Shown piece by piece: positions 13,400 to 27,190 of a stretch of 64,000 nt of DNA (the first letter of the stretch is position 1; each line of letters starts with the position of its first letter). The translations under genes were made by a program, and so were the position numbers. The stretch comes from Lama guanicoe (taxonomy: Eukaryota), in assembly GCA_013239625.1 (NCBI GenBank), contig MU053652.1, positions 6,501,902 through 6,565,901 on the forward strand, read 5' to 3'. The notes below the pieces were generated by a model. The model made no database searches, was not told the DNA's origin, and saw only the letters and a list, made by a program, of their open reading frames with translations.

Positions 13400-14960
13400 G
13401 TATGCTGATGGAAATGCACAAGGTAAGGTGGATGAATGTAGGTACAAGGATATAGCTCCAAGAGTAAAGTTCTTAAGAAGGTGAGAAATGATAGAATTCA
13501 GCAACCCAAATCACTTTCGAACAATGCATCTTGATGGTATACCACCTCTAGACCAAAGGAAAAAATAAAACTATAAACAAATGCTGAATTCTAAATAATA
13601 GGTTTTTGTTTTAGAGTAGTGTAGGCTAGCAGGTATGAGGGAGTTTCTGCATACTTAAGGTCACTAATAACTAATGAATATATTGAGATATTTATTTCAA
13701 ATATGGAAATTTTTTTAAAAAACTAGAAATTATTTGTAAACTATTATGTGTGTATGGGGGAATACAAGTTCTCCCTTATAATAAAATGTCAACCAAAAAT
13801 GTCAAAGATATTGATTACCAGCATCCCTAACTCCAACCTTGAAGAAGTTAGAACAATATCGTAGTAATAATTGAGTCACACAAGAATCATTAATGATGGT
13901 AAATCTAGTGGGGACTATTTAACCTGAAACAGCATTCTGCATAGTCTCCAGTACCTTCTTATGATTCCTTATTGATTAGAAATTTAAAAATAGTAAAGCT
14001 ATAATGGAAAGAATGGTTGACACCATATTAACCAAGTGATTAAAGTTATCATCATCCGTCATACGACAATTCAAAAATCATGTTTCCTAAGATGATGCAC
14101 CAAGAAGCATAAAACATCATCTCTGTATGTATTCTACTAAAATGCATGTGATATTTCTATTCTTAAGAAAACATCACACAAACCTAAACTGATCAATTGT
14201 TTACAAAAATAAAAAAGTAAAATCTGAACAATGTCCTTTTCCAAATTTCAAATTCATCGTGGATAAAGAAAGAGTATTCTAGATTAAAGGAGACTGAAGA
14301 CTATGACAACTAAGGTAATACATTCTTCTGGATCGGATCCTGACCTGAACTTTGGTATTCCTATAAATAAAAGGCTGTTAGTGACACTGAGTTCCAGTAT
14401 ATTATATCATAGTATTCTGTCAGTGTTAATTTTCTTATTTTTAAAAAAATTGCACTGTGTGTTTAAGCCCTAAGGAAATATTCACTGAACTATGAAGTAA
14501 GAATGGAGTATCATGTTTTAACTTAACTCTCAAATGAAGGAGAGAGAGAGAATCTTAATGCTAAACATGTTAGAAATAATCACCAATATATAAACCTTAT
14601 ATGGATCGAGATATTAAAACTCCAACAATAGAACAAAACAAAACAATGTTTAGGACAACTGGGGACATTCCAACAGTGACTGAATATTTAACAACATCAA
14701 GGGATTATTGTTATTTTCTTAGGAAATTGCTCTTAAGAAAAATAATTCTTATCTTTTAGAGACATATGCTGAAGTATTTATAGTCAAACTTAAATGATAT
14801 CAGGCCTTTGTTTCTACTATTCCAAGGGATTTACTGGGTAAGGTATCAGTGAAATAAGATTGGCCATTGCATAATAATTGTTTAAATTTGTGGTTACATG
14901 AGAGATTACTCTGCTTTACTCACTACTTTTGTACGCATTTTAGTATACCATAATAAAATT
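13400..14960 (+). mobile_element. Ancient L1M 3' UTR-like remnants
   Basis: ctagattaaaggagactgaagac..., atcttttagagacatatgctgaagtattta..., cataataaaattttt. Confidence 0.6.
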
Positions 14961-17900
14961 TTTAGACATTTTAGGAATTTTGTTGCTAATTTATAAAAGA
15001 ACATCCCTAGGAAATAGTATTTGTAAAACATCAAATAGTAATCCAAATGTGAATTCTACGAAGCATCCATTTTAATGTTAATTTATGTGTTGAAATAGTG
15101 ACAGCAGAAGTAGTCTGCTTTAACCCTTCCTTTGCCCCACAGGTTTATATATTCCTTTTCTCTCCTAAGCTTTTGAAATTTCACAGATTGAAGAATACAA
15201 TTTTCTGACTGTGAAATAACTCATGTGTTTAGTTTTGCTACACTTGGTTGAATATTCACAGAGTGGCAGGGGGAGCGGGGAGGGCTAAGGCTGTGGCATT
15301 CAGTGGGTAACACTGGATTTTAAACAAACCACTGAATCACTGTTGAGTGTGTGGCTTTTTAACCCTATCAGGAAGGGTCCGTGGTCTAGAGTGATTTATA
15401 AGGAACACATTACATCAAAATCATGAGAGAACTAAGAATGATTTATTATTCCTCAAAAACCGTAAGATAGGATTCTCTCAAAATCCATTTGAGTAATTTT
15501 TTAAAACTGTACATAGGGATTTTCTTTTTTCACATTTTGAATCCCAGACTGAAATTTAAAACGATAGGATTTCATTAGTACATAAATTACGGTATCCACG
15601 GTGACGGCTTCCAAGCTTGCCTAAGTGATGGCTCAGCCACAGCATACAAAACACTGCAACATCCCCGAGTATTTTCACGCTTTAGACTGTTTTCACACTG
15701 CCTCTCTCTCCTTACATACATGTCATACATACTCTCAAACCCGTTATCTTTCAATGTTTTCATGTTATACGATTAAAATGCTATTGTGAATTCAAGATTG
15801 AGGTGCTAAAAAAAAATAAAGCTGCCAATGCAGTAGATTTCTCTGATTAAAGTATCACAGTCTAGTGTCTGTCTATGTTATTCAGTGGAATGCACCCTTG
15901 CACTTTGAGAGAATGTTATTGCTTCATTACTGTGAGGCACCAGAATCCTGAGATGTGCTGGGGACCTGCTAATGCATTCAGTGGCATATTACTGATATTC
16001 AAATAAAGATACAAGCGATTATTTGTCTGCACTCCAAACTGGATGACTGTATTTTATATACTCTTATTTTATGTCATTTTCAACTCTATAGTTGATTGAT
16101 CATACTTCCCTCCCATCCATCCATCCCCCATACTGTTGATTCCACCCTTCCTTGGGGCTTCATGATCTTAAACAGAAACACAAATCTCAGTTGTTCCAAC
16201 AAAATTCTCCTTTATCTGAGAATATAGTAGTTAAACAATTTGCAATTAATATAAATATTATTTTCCCCAATTACCTGAAGCAGTGAAATTAAGGGACAAA
16301 ATCCCTATTTGAAGTCAGTAAAGTTGAGAAATTAACCAAAAGCCTAACACCTTAGAGTGCTCTCGGCAGTGAAAGAATAGGCAATGATGCAGGTCTTGAC
16401 ATCACAGCCACATTTCAGAGCTATGCATAAAATCCAATGGCATTCAAATAGCATTTAAGAATTTACTTATTCTTTATGGCTAAAATATCTTATCCTAGAA
16501 TTGTAGAATACCGTAGAAGCTCATCATAAAGTTTGTGTATCATGGAGTGAGCAGAAACAGTAAAACCAGAAAATTACATAATAAAAGCATACATACTGAT
16601 ATAAATATAATAATGTAACATTGTCATTTTAATATAAATATAAATACTGTCAGTCACCAAGTGTTATAAAATAGTTCCCTTTCATTTCCTAAATTTGTCC
16701 ACCAAGTATATTAAACGAGAACTTTAATTATTTCACACATTTAATGAGGATGTTGTCAATAAGTTTCATAAGAAAGAAGTAAATTATACTAAGTATATCA
16801 TCATAAGTAGGACAATTATATATTATGTACAGAATTACATGCAAGAAAATTAAAATAAAATAATTATTTATTTAGAAATTTGTTTTTTTTCAAAAATGTT
16901 GGAAACTCAGTTTATTGGTGAGCTTGAGTATTTCTATAGCTGCTTAATCTGAGTTACTATTTATACTCAATGTTTCCATTTAATTAATTTAAATTAAAGA
17001 GGGTAGAATAAGCTGAGAATGTAAAATTACATATATTGATACCTGATTTTAAAATTACATGATCATACTGAACTAGATAATTTTTTTCACAGTAATCAAA
17101 CATAATTTACTAATTATGTAGTTTCTGAAATTTTACCCTCATCTCAAAGAGGACTGAGAAAGAAGTTTACCAAGGTACTTCCTGTGACAATTGAATGCCA
17201 GAAACTAAGTAAAAGGGTTTGCTCTAAAGAAATAAAACAAAACAAAGCAAATCATTCTGACTCTACCAAACAAGTAAATAGTTTTGTTTTTTTTTTAACA
17301 ATTCTACCCAACAGCTTGTACTTTCATTGCTGACAGTCGTATAGACTTGTTGCTTGTGGCTATTGCTAAGCTGTCTTTTGGGACATTTTCTGAAATATGC
17401 TATGAGGAAACTCTGCCATCCTAAAATTAGATTTTAAAAAGCATCTCCTTGAATTGTGGCTGACTGCCAAGAGATGAGACTTTACCTTGTATGATTACTT
17501 CAGGGGCACCAGAACTGACTGCCACAAATTCAAAAGATATAAAGAAAACCACTGAGGCAAGCAAGTCTAGCTATTTAAATTAGAAGCTACTGTTCCCTCA
17601 AGAGTATGGATTTGTATGTTTCTCACAGTCAGAGGCGACATAGATAACCCTTAAGTGGGGTTTAACTTGAATGATCAAGGATTCTTTATACAAAATACAA
17701 TGGTTACATTATATATGTATTTTTATTTTCCATATGCAAACAATCTCTTTTCCCTTATTTTGACATTTGCTACTGTATCCTATTTTTGACTTTGGAAGAA
17801 TTACGCTTTGGAGACAGACTTATCGCAGGTAACATTTCTGTAATCACCGTACTTCTGCAGCTGATGTAGGACTCTACTGTTGTGTTTGGTTATTGCTGGA

Positions 17901-19639
17901 AACAAATTTTGCGTAGCTTTGAGAAATATAGTGAATAATAAATATCTTATCCTATCTATTATTGAGTATAATTCTTAAAAGTAAATAATGTATCATTAAA
18001 CAGTAAGTATAAATAAAAGGCAAAATATATAGCAACACAAAATATACCAATATGCAATACACATATAAACCTCAGATTTTACAAATCTTTAATCTTACCT
18101 CAGTGACTTAAATTCTTTTTACAAATTAACTTCCTTTTCCATCCTATTGTTTCTTTTCCCTTCTTTTCCTTCCCTACCCCTTTCTTTTCCAAATTCTTTC
18201 TCTCCATTTATTTCCTTTCATTTCTTTTTCTTAAACTGGCTTAGTAGCCAGATGAGCCAAGGATTCTATCTGAGTTCCATGCAGGTTGATACTTGATTTA
18301 AATCTGCATCAAATCCTACAACAGTTTTGATATCAAATCATGTGACTGTATGATGTTACAAATTTAAGGATGTTTGACATGTTTTCTAGTACTTCCTTTA
18401 GTCCTCTTCATAGTGTGTATGTATGTTTTTAATTATGTATCATGAATACAGAAGTGATATTAAACATATTTAATGAGGGAAAACTATATTCAAGCAGTAA
18501 ACAAATATTTTAATAGTTAAATCATCTTAAAACCACAATATCTTTTTTTAAGGAATTCTAACAACTTGCTCCTACTTTCTACTAATCTCTATGAATTAAA
18601 TTTCTCTCTAATTAAAAAGAATATATTCAGGAAAACATGCTTTTAATGAACACAGATCTTTTCTTTTTTTGTAGTGGATGTCTTCATTTATTCCACTTTG
18701 AAATCCAGACATTCCGTTGTGATAGATGTCTTAAAATAAATATATACATGACATTTGTTTTAATCATTTCTGTCCTTCATCATTGGGGGTGAAGCTGAAG
18801 AAAATTCAACTTAAATTTGTAAATTATCTCCAGTTTTAATTTTAAAAATATAAAAATGGTTCCATATGAAAATAAAAAAATATATAAGGGCATTTTAAAT
18901 TAAATGTGAATTGAAGCATGTTATTTTCATCATTTGTATATTTATTTTTCATCAAACCAGTGCTCACATTTCAAAACCAGTTTGAATGTTGTATTCTCTT
19001 CCACATGAGAATCTAAATTCTATGGAAACAGAAAATACAGGTATCTTACTGAGGACAAAGAAAAAGATAAATGTGGTGCCTAGATTTTAGTATTATTAGA
19101 TAATAAAGATTTATTAACAATGTATTACATTGGCAAAATACTGCTTTATAATAAAAGTTGAAGGTATGAATAAATTAAACATTAAACATCTTTGTATACC
19201 TAATAACCTAGTTTCAATACATATAAGGCATGAGCTGTAATAAATATAAAGTGAATCAGACACATTTTACATCATAGTTGAACAGTTTAGAATATAGCTA
19301 AAATAGAGAGAAATAAATGAAATCACAGAGAATCTGAAAAGCTCAATAAACCAAGTTCTTCTAGAAGTATTAAAAAGAAGTATATATTAGATCACAAAGA
19401 AAATCTCAATAAATTGGAAATACCAACATTTATGTTGGCTATATTTTGTCCAAAAGAGCTACAACTAGAAAATAATTTTAAGTGATAGCTCAAAAGCCAC
19501 CATTTAAGTGAGCATTAAGTTAAAGAAACAAAGAACAATGCCGTTCAAACTAATTTGTAGATTAAAAAACAAAAGAGATCTGAAATTATAAACCACTTAG
19601 AAATATAAAACAAGGGCTAGGATATGGAGCTGCAGAGGT

Positions 19640-20015
19640 CGTACTGAATTAAAGCCACAGATGCTTTGACATTCTTCCAACAAGAGGTGGAGTTTACAAA
19701 TTTGACTCATCTAACCAATATGATATTGCAGAAGTGGAGCTATGCCTGTTTGCAGTTTTAGTTCCCATCACTTGGAACATTCTGCAAGCTCCATGTGAGA
19801 AGACTTACTACCTAAGACCTCCATGACGGTAGAAACCCAAACACATGCAGAGACCTTCAGGGACAAGACACCACATGAAAAGAGAGAGACACTTAAGCTG
19901 TCAGTCATATAAAATGCAGAAGCTATTTTGGAAGGTGACCCTTCAGCTGAGCCCTTACTAAAGGTCCGGCCAACAAAAATATGACTAAAATAAAGTTGTT
20001 TTAAGTCACTAACTT
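19640..20015 (+). mobile_element. MaLR (MLT1-type) LTR
   Basis: gccacagatgctttgacattcttccaacaagaggtggagt...aaataaagttgttttaagtcactaa. Confidence 0.7.
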
Positions 20016-20069
20016 CAAAGCACAGAGAAGCTCAAAGCAAAAATGTCTGCTACAAGTAAATTTATTAGA

Positions 20070-20240
20070 ACACAGCACAGGGAAATATATACAGGACCTT
20101 GTGGTAGCTCATAGCGAAGGAGGAATGTGACAATGAATGTATGTGTGTTCATGTATAGCTGAAAAATTGTGCTCTACACTGAAATTTGACACAACATTGT
20201 GGAATGACTATTACTCAATAAAAAAAGTTAAAAAAAAGAA
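20070..20240 (+). mobile_element. Short 3' end of the young L1 family
   Basis: Aligns by eye to 9650-9805 (gcacagggaaa...gtggtagctca...tgtgacaatgaa...gaaaaattg...ctctacactg) and ends in an A tail. Confidence 0.9.
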
Positions 20241-20712
20241 AATAATACATGTTGGAAATAAATGAATTCTGACCATTTCAGGAAAGGATTAAAAATAACA
20301 CACTCTAAGAAAACATCTAATAAAAATAAAATAGAATGTATGTGAAACAAAAAAATTACATTTTAGTATAAAAATCAATAGATAAAATTTAAAAGGGATT
20401 TCTTTAAAAGGTTAATAAAATAAACTAGCTTGGCAAATCTGCAAAAAAGGAAAAGATAACAGCAGCATCAGAAACGACTCATTCCTACACAGAATAAAAC
20501 AGTTCTAAATTAATTCTATTAATCAGTTTTTGCAATGATTAAAAAAACTGTATGTATTAAATGGTTTTTTTATTGTTTATTTTAAAACTTAAAATCAAAA
20601 AGAAATAAAAATCTGAATAGCCAGTATCCACAGAAGAAATATAAAAGTATTCCTTATAACACAGCAAACTCCCAAAGATGTAGTAATGAAAGAAATTAAC
20701 TAGCAGACACAT

Positions 20713-20713
<1 letters not shown>

Positions 20714-20745
<32 letters not shown>
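20714..20745 (+). repeat. (CA)16 microsatellite
   Basis: Direct reading. Confidence 0.95.
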
Positions 20746-20749
<4 letters not shown>

Positions 20750-22349
20750 TTGATAAAGATAAATTACTGGAATTCTATAGCAAATAATAATTAAATATTA
20801 GAAGCACTGCCCATCAAGTCAACTATGTCACTGATTTATACTATTGTAGCATTATTCACCACTGCACTATATCGTCTAGTTAAGTAATAAGAAATTTTTT
20901 CTTAAATGGAAATGGAAAAAAAAAGAAGGTATAAATAATGGGGAAGAGACAAAACAAAAACATTCAGTCATTTACGTAAGATATGACTGCCTATATAAAA
21001 ATAATCCTGAATAGTTAAATGAAAAAAAGAAGCAAAATAAATATAGCAAAGTGAATAAACATAAACTTCAACATGTAATAGATTTCCTTTACAACAAAAA
21101 TGTTCATTAATAATTGTAGTAATACTAATTATAATTTAATCCTAATTAAAATTGCAAAAATTCACTAGATAATACATAACATACAGCAAATATGAAATGT
21201 ATGAGGAATATAAAATTAGAATGCTAATATTCCATATTATAGAGATATTGGTTCCTTTTTAATTTATAAATACAATGTAATTCCATTCAACATGAAATTA
21301 TCCAAGACTACATAGTAAAAATAATGTAATGGAAGAATAGCTGAGAAATTTTCCAAAACAATATTTAAATTTATTCCATCAGATAGCAAGACTGAAATCT
21401 ATAATAATTTAAGAATAGAGGAAAAGATAAATAATAGTAGAATCAAAATGCTTTCATTTTTAATGTGACAAAGAAGACGTGAAAGAAATGTTGAACACAT
21501 TCAGAGTGTTCTGATGTTGCCAAAAATAACTTTGTTATATCTTTTGAAGTCTGCACGTCAATCTCTACCCATCAGCTTTGATTAAGCTCCACAGACTACT
21601 TTCCACCTATAATCCTCCAAATATGCCACTATTTGTTCTCTCTTATCCAACCATATCAAGACAGCTTTTTAAAAGGCATTACTGACAAAGGTCAGAAACC
21701 CAAATGACAGATGAAACAGAAATGTTTTAGTGTAAAAATGCCAGCACTAAAATCATGAGGAAGCTGAATCAAAATCATCTTTGGTATCAAAACTGGTTCA
21801 TACAAAGGTTCTGCTTTATGGGGAAAAAAAAACATATTACATGATATCCCAACATGATATCTTCCTTCTTAAAGAAAGAGCAATAGTCTCATAGGAATGG
21901 TCTCCAAATGCAAAGTTGGGCAAAGGTTTATAGGTGTCAAGAGGCAGTGAGTAAAACCACATGCATGTGCTAAGGGGGATACTAGGCTAGAGGCAAATAA
22001 CTTGAAAATCCAGATTCACTATAAAAACCTGAATTTTATAATTAGAACTTCAAACCAAAGAATTTGAATACAGCTCTGACACTGAAGCCTGCCCTGCAGT
22101 AAAACACACAGGTAGGCGCACGCACATGAGTTCATGCACACACTTGGCACGCAGAAGTGGATGCAATAAAAGTGCAATTAAATGAACTAATTTGGGAATT
22201 GCAGGTTTAAATACAATTAAAGAAGAATATTTATTATAAGATATCTCTGAAACTTTAAGATGCTAACACAATTTATGCATTGGTTTTAAAAAAGAATATA
22301 TGTTGGAATGTTTTTAAACTATATTTCTCCACTTACCGTAAGACTAGAC

Positions 22350-22580
22350 ATTGAAAAAGATGATGGTGAAGAACACAGATACAAATGTACCAAAGTTTGA
22401 AATAAAATCCTAGTTCTACAATTGACAGTTGGCTGTTTCTTCAACTATAAAATGAATATAGTAAAAACTACTTCAGAGGGTCATGATGAGGATTAAAGAG
22501 AATGATTTTTTAAAGGCTTTTCTCCATGTTTGGCCCACAGTAAGTATATAATAAATGATGCATATAATTATTGTTGACTA
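22350..22580 (+). mobile_element. MIR SINE remnant
   Basis: tcttcaactataaaatgaatatagtaaaaactacttcagagggtcatgatgaggattaaa. Confidence 0.7.
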
Positions 22581-24084
22581 TTATTATTGGCATTTAAAAT
22601 TAGGCATATAGCTAAAATTATGTAAGTATTTGTATATACTTCTAAAGAACTTTAACATGCATTTAATTATTTCATTCAGAAAACAACTTTCTGAATTGCT
22701 TTTATTACAGCCTGCATATAATATAAGGACACTGACATTTAGAGAAGTTGTAACTTGCCACACATCTATTATGTGGTGGGGCTGTCATTCACTCGTAGCT
22801 GCTATGAACATCTTACTGGTACAAAGCCCTTCTTTCTACTATATGACTCTCAAATTTTTAGAAGTCATACAAGAAATGACATATACAAAAGTATCCAAAC
22901 ACTTGAGCATACAGAATTTTACGGCAGGCATTTCTTAACATCCTTTTCCATTTTTATGTCCAATATTTATGGACATATGGTAAATAGCATACTTTCTTAT
23001 TCTTGAATGGATGTGACACTATTTATGTGATCTGGATTCAAAACTTTAGGTTTGGAACAAATACATATATATGGCTAAATATTGGCATATTTAATCAGTA
23101 GTCTAAATGATGTGCTTAACTAGCTCCAAAGACAAAGAAAGTTTAAGTTTCATGAGGTGTAGAAAATTACAAATCAAAGCAACTCTGAAGATCCCTTTAA
23201 ATTGTCCAAGGAAAATAAACATAAAAACTATCCTGAGGCTAATTTACAAGGTCTTCATATTTGTATAATATAAATATTTAAAAATAGACAGGATTTACAC
23301 ACACTTTTAATAATATCATTTATAAGCAAATGCTAACTAGTATTTTAGGAAACTGAAAGAGCTGTTTTCCTAGTTTCATGAGTTCACATTCAGATATATA
23401 AAAAAACTCTGTCTTTGCGAGAACAGAGACATGATGATTTTGTTTGTAAAAACTGGATTGCATTTCATGACCTTATTAATTTAGATTAACAAGAATCATG
23501 TAGTATAGCTATTTCCCCTTTATAGACTTCAATCTATTTATAAAACCCCTATCATTACATGCTTTCTTTCTACAAAGGTTTTATACTATGAGAGCACATC
23601 TTGTCTCTCCAAAACTTGTAACTTCTATGCATTAAAATTCTGACACGAACATCTCTTCAAAGGGGTATTCATTCTCAACTGCATTGTAAAAGAAAATATT
23701 ACTTGTAGATAAAATTGTGCAGAAAAGAGCTGATTCTGCACTTTCTTTTTCTATGTCCATCTTTTGCCTCAAAATACCCTTATCGGCTCTGTGGATCTAG
23801 TACCCTTACACTATCCTTTAGTGTAGATCTTCTCTTGAGAAGCCTCTTCAGCACTTGCAAAATCTAGGCATTGTCTCTACCCAAGGCAATAAAAAACTGG
23901 AAATTGCTAAGTTACTCCATGCTCTACAGGTGGTAGGAGATGCAAGAATTTATAAATGTAAGAGGAAGTTTTAGAGGTACAGAAATATACAAACAAAATG
24001 AAGTTGGGGGGATTGCATGAATTAATTAAGAAATCATGTAGCTTAGTTCGGCTGGAGATCAGGATGAATGGGAGAGTGCAGAAC

Positions 24085-24590
24085 TGGTCACAAATTATTC
24101 CTATTCATGTATTCATAATCCCTTTGCAATGTGATTTGGCCACTCCTTCCACTGAGAAGGGGAATCCGTTTCTCTGCCACCTGCACTACACCCGACTATG
24201 TGATACGCTTTGGCAAACAGGACTTCAGCAAATTTGATACAAGCAGAGGCTTCATGGAAAGACTGAAAGAGCATTCTTTTGAACTTGCCTTCTCTTGCTG
24301 ATGTTTGAACTCCCTGATTGCCAAGTGAAGTCTGGGCTGACCCACTGGAGAATGAGAGGCCACCTGCAGTAGGACCAAATCATCTCATTCAAGCCAGCCT
24401 GCCCACTAAACTAACAAGCGTCTCACTACCAGACAAGCGACAGAGGCCATCCTAGACCATCTGGCTGCAGACAAGCCAGCCCAAACCTGAAGGACTGCCC
24501 TGCTGACCCCCAGGACAGTGAGAGGTAATGAATGTTTGTGAAGTCTCGTAAGTTTGGGGATAGTTTTCAGGCAGTAACCAAAAAGTATAC
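24085..24590 (+). mobile_element. MaLR (MLT1-type) LTR
   Basis: ccctttgcaatgtgatttggccactcc...aagtttggggatagttttcaggcagtaac. Confidence 0.75.
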
Positions 24591-25529
24591 AAATATTTGG
24601 ATTACTTTTCACTATTCTAAGCTTAAATTATATGTTTAAAATAGCCTCAGCATTTCATAATCACAGATTTTTGAATTGACAATTACCTGAAAGATAATTT
24701 AATCTCAATCTTTTATTTCAATTCAGGAAAACAAATCTTAAATTACTCAGCTGGTCCAATCACAAACTTCATGGAAAAAATAAAACAAAAATTCACATTC
24801 CTGAGTTTTAGTTTAAAACTCCGGCTCCTACCCCATACTGTAAATCAACATTTCATTTCTATAATCATTATTCTTTGTCACTAAGAAGGATGAAGTATAA
24901 AGGATATTCATTAAGCCCCTAATTTTCCATCTTTACTCTTGTATCCCAATTTACCACTTAGGATTTTTAAGACTATCAATATAAACTCTTCAGAAGTACA
25001 TTTTTCTATAGGAATTCATCATCAAACTTTTCTCATCCAGAAATATCTCCTTGTACAAATAAATATGCTTGTTTGCTTCTTTATTGTCCCAAATAATAGA
25101 AACTTTTACATTGATTCTTAAATTTAAATATTATATGTGTATTGATCATATATGCAAAGAAAGGCAGCACATGGAAAGGGTGAGAATAAAATGAATGAGA
25201 TGGAGATAGAATAGGAAATCAACCCATTCAACTGTTTTTTTGGTACGTTGGTGGTGATATATTTGATTTTTTCCACTATTATTAAAAGACTGGGCTCATA
25301 GATTCATATTAGGCAATTTATGTAATGGCTTCAGTTAAACACTTCTCAAGAGAGAAAATGGTATTTTTAAAATATGTGTATATATGTCTCATAATTTCTT
25401 CCAAAGTCCACTTCATTCCAGGTTGATATTCTTATCCTTGATGTACATTTTAAAACATTTTGATTTAATTTTGGAGGCACAGGGATCTCAGAGAGAGGAA
25501 CTCAAGTGTTAAACCTCCGCTAACCCATC

Positions 25530-27190
25530 TGTGAAAAGATGATCATGTTGGATTGTCTGTTGTCAGCTCAGCTCCATCGTATTTTAAGGTTGATTATTAT
25601 GTTTCCCAGAATCCTCTTTATTTTTCTGATTTCTTTGCCCAAAACAAGAGTTCGTGTAAGACTTGGAAGGCAGATGGAAAGCAGAAACCACTGTTCTCTG
25701 GAAGGAGCTGCAGCTAGACAAAGATTTACAGCAACAGCCTGTGAGAACCCCCCTCAACTATTTCAGTGTCAAATCTTCTGACCCACAGGGTAGCCACTCT
25801 GACTTCTGACTCTCTCAATTTAATTCTTTGTTAAGCTTTGTTTTAATTACGAATATACAGCGTGGTTTCAATTTTCCTGACCAAACCTTGATGGATATTG
25901 ATTTTACTATGTAGACAGTAGTTGTGTCATAACAAACACCTAAAATATGTGTATTGGATTTTGGCAAGACAACTTCAACCAGAGGCTGCAAAAATCATAC
26001 TCTACATTCTGTAGTTGTAAGACATCTGATAAAAGTGCACATCAGACAATGTACGTTATGAGCTTGCTGCACTGGGCAAGAAGGTTCTGAAGCAGAGATT
26101 TGAAAGCATGAGCTAGATGCCGTGACAGGTACAATAAAAGGAAGATGGACACGGGAAAGCTGAATTGGATTTCGTCAGCTTAAAGGGAATATAGAAGGAA
26201 TATGGAGTCCAGAAATATCCGTGTTTTTAAATAAAGTGGCAGCACATTACATCTGAGGTGGGTAACATACTCTTAGCGTATGGGGAGGGAAATGAGTTTC
26301 TGTGACTAAGATGGACCATGGCTTCATGGGGCATAGGGTGTACCTCTCCTCCCCTTCGTTCTGGGTTTGGCTATGTGATGCTTTGCTAATGAGATGTTAG
26401 CAGGTGTAACACAGGCAGAGGCTGGCCATACTCATGCAGTTTAGGTGCATTTTTGTGCAACTGCCTTTGCCATGAGAAAATTATTTCCCTCCCTCTTGAT
26501 TCAATGATGAAATATTGAGAGTCAGCCTCACCATCCCACAGCCCCTCAGCCTAAAGCAGAGCTGTCCCAGCCAAATGCAAACACGTGAGCTAGAAACACA
26601 AGCATGGTACTGACATTTCTGTGACTAAGTATAAAACATGAAGCAACAAAAGCTAACTGATGGAATGGGCCTGACAGGGGAGTATTTTTATAGGTAGAAA
26701 CTTCTAAGAAGAGGAGGAGGAAAAAGGTCAAGATAAACACACTTGATTCTGAGCTAACAGATTCCCATTGAAGTGATCTGTGATAGATTGGATTGCCGTT
26801 CGTTCCAATTATTACTCCCTGTAATACATCCATGCTTTCAAGTCTTAGAAATTTGTATTATTTCTCTATCTGGATAGAATACATCTTCCCACCTCACTGA
26901 GTTGGATTTGGCCAGTTTATAAGATGCAGGGAGAGATTTTTAAAATGCTTTCCTGATTTGGCTTTCCCTCTTGCTCTCTTATGGTAATCAACTAGAAGCA
27001 TGTTTCATAGTAACCACTGAACTCAAAATCATGAAGACACACGAAGCAGATCTGAATGAAACCAAAAGCTTGAAGCAAAGTCACTCCACCTGACCTATGG
27101 ATCCATGAGCAAGAAAAATAAACATTGTTTTAATTGTTAAGTCTCTGAGATTATGGGTAGTCTGTTATTCAGGAAAAAAGTGACTGATAA
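25530..27190. mobile_element. Cluster of MaLR/ERVL LTR and internal fragments
   Basis: MLT1-like motifs at ~26330-26670 and ~26780-27190; MLT-internal-like sequence at ~25900-26220. Confidence 0.55.

Larger units (their letters stand above)
19200..21430 (+). mobile_element. Highly decayed L1 ORF2 interrupted by a MaLR LTR and a younger L1 3' end
   Basis: A-rich ORF2-like motifs (cacaaagaaaatctcaataaatt, gaaataaaaatctgaatagccag). Confidence 0.6.
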
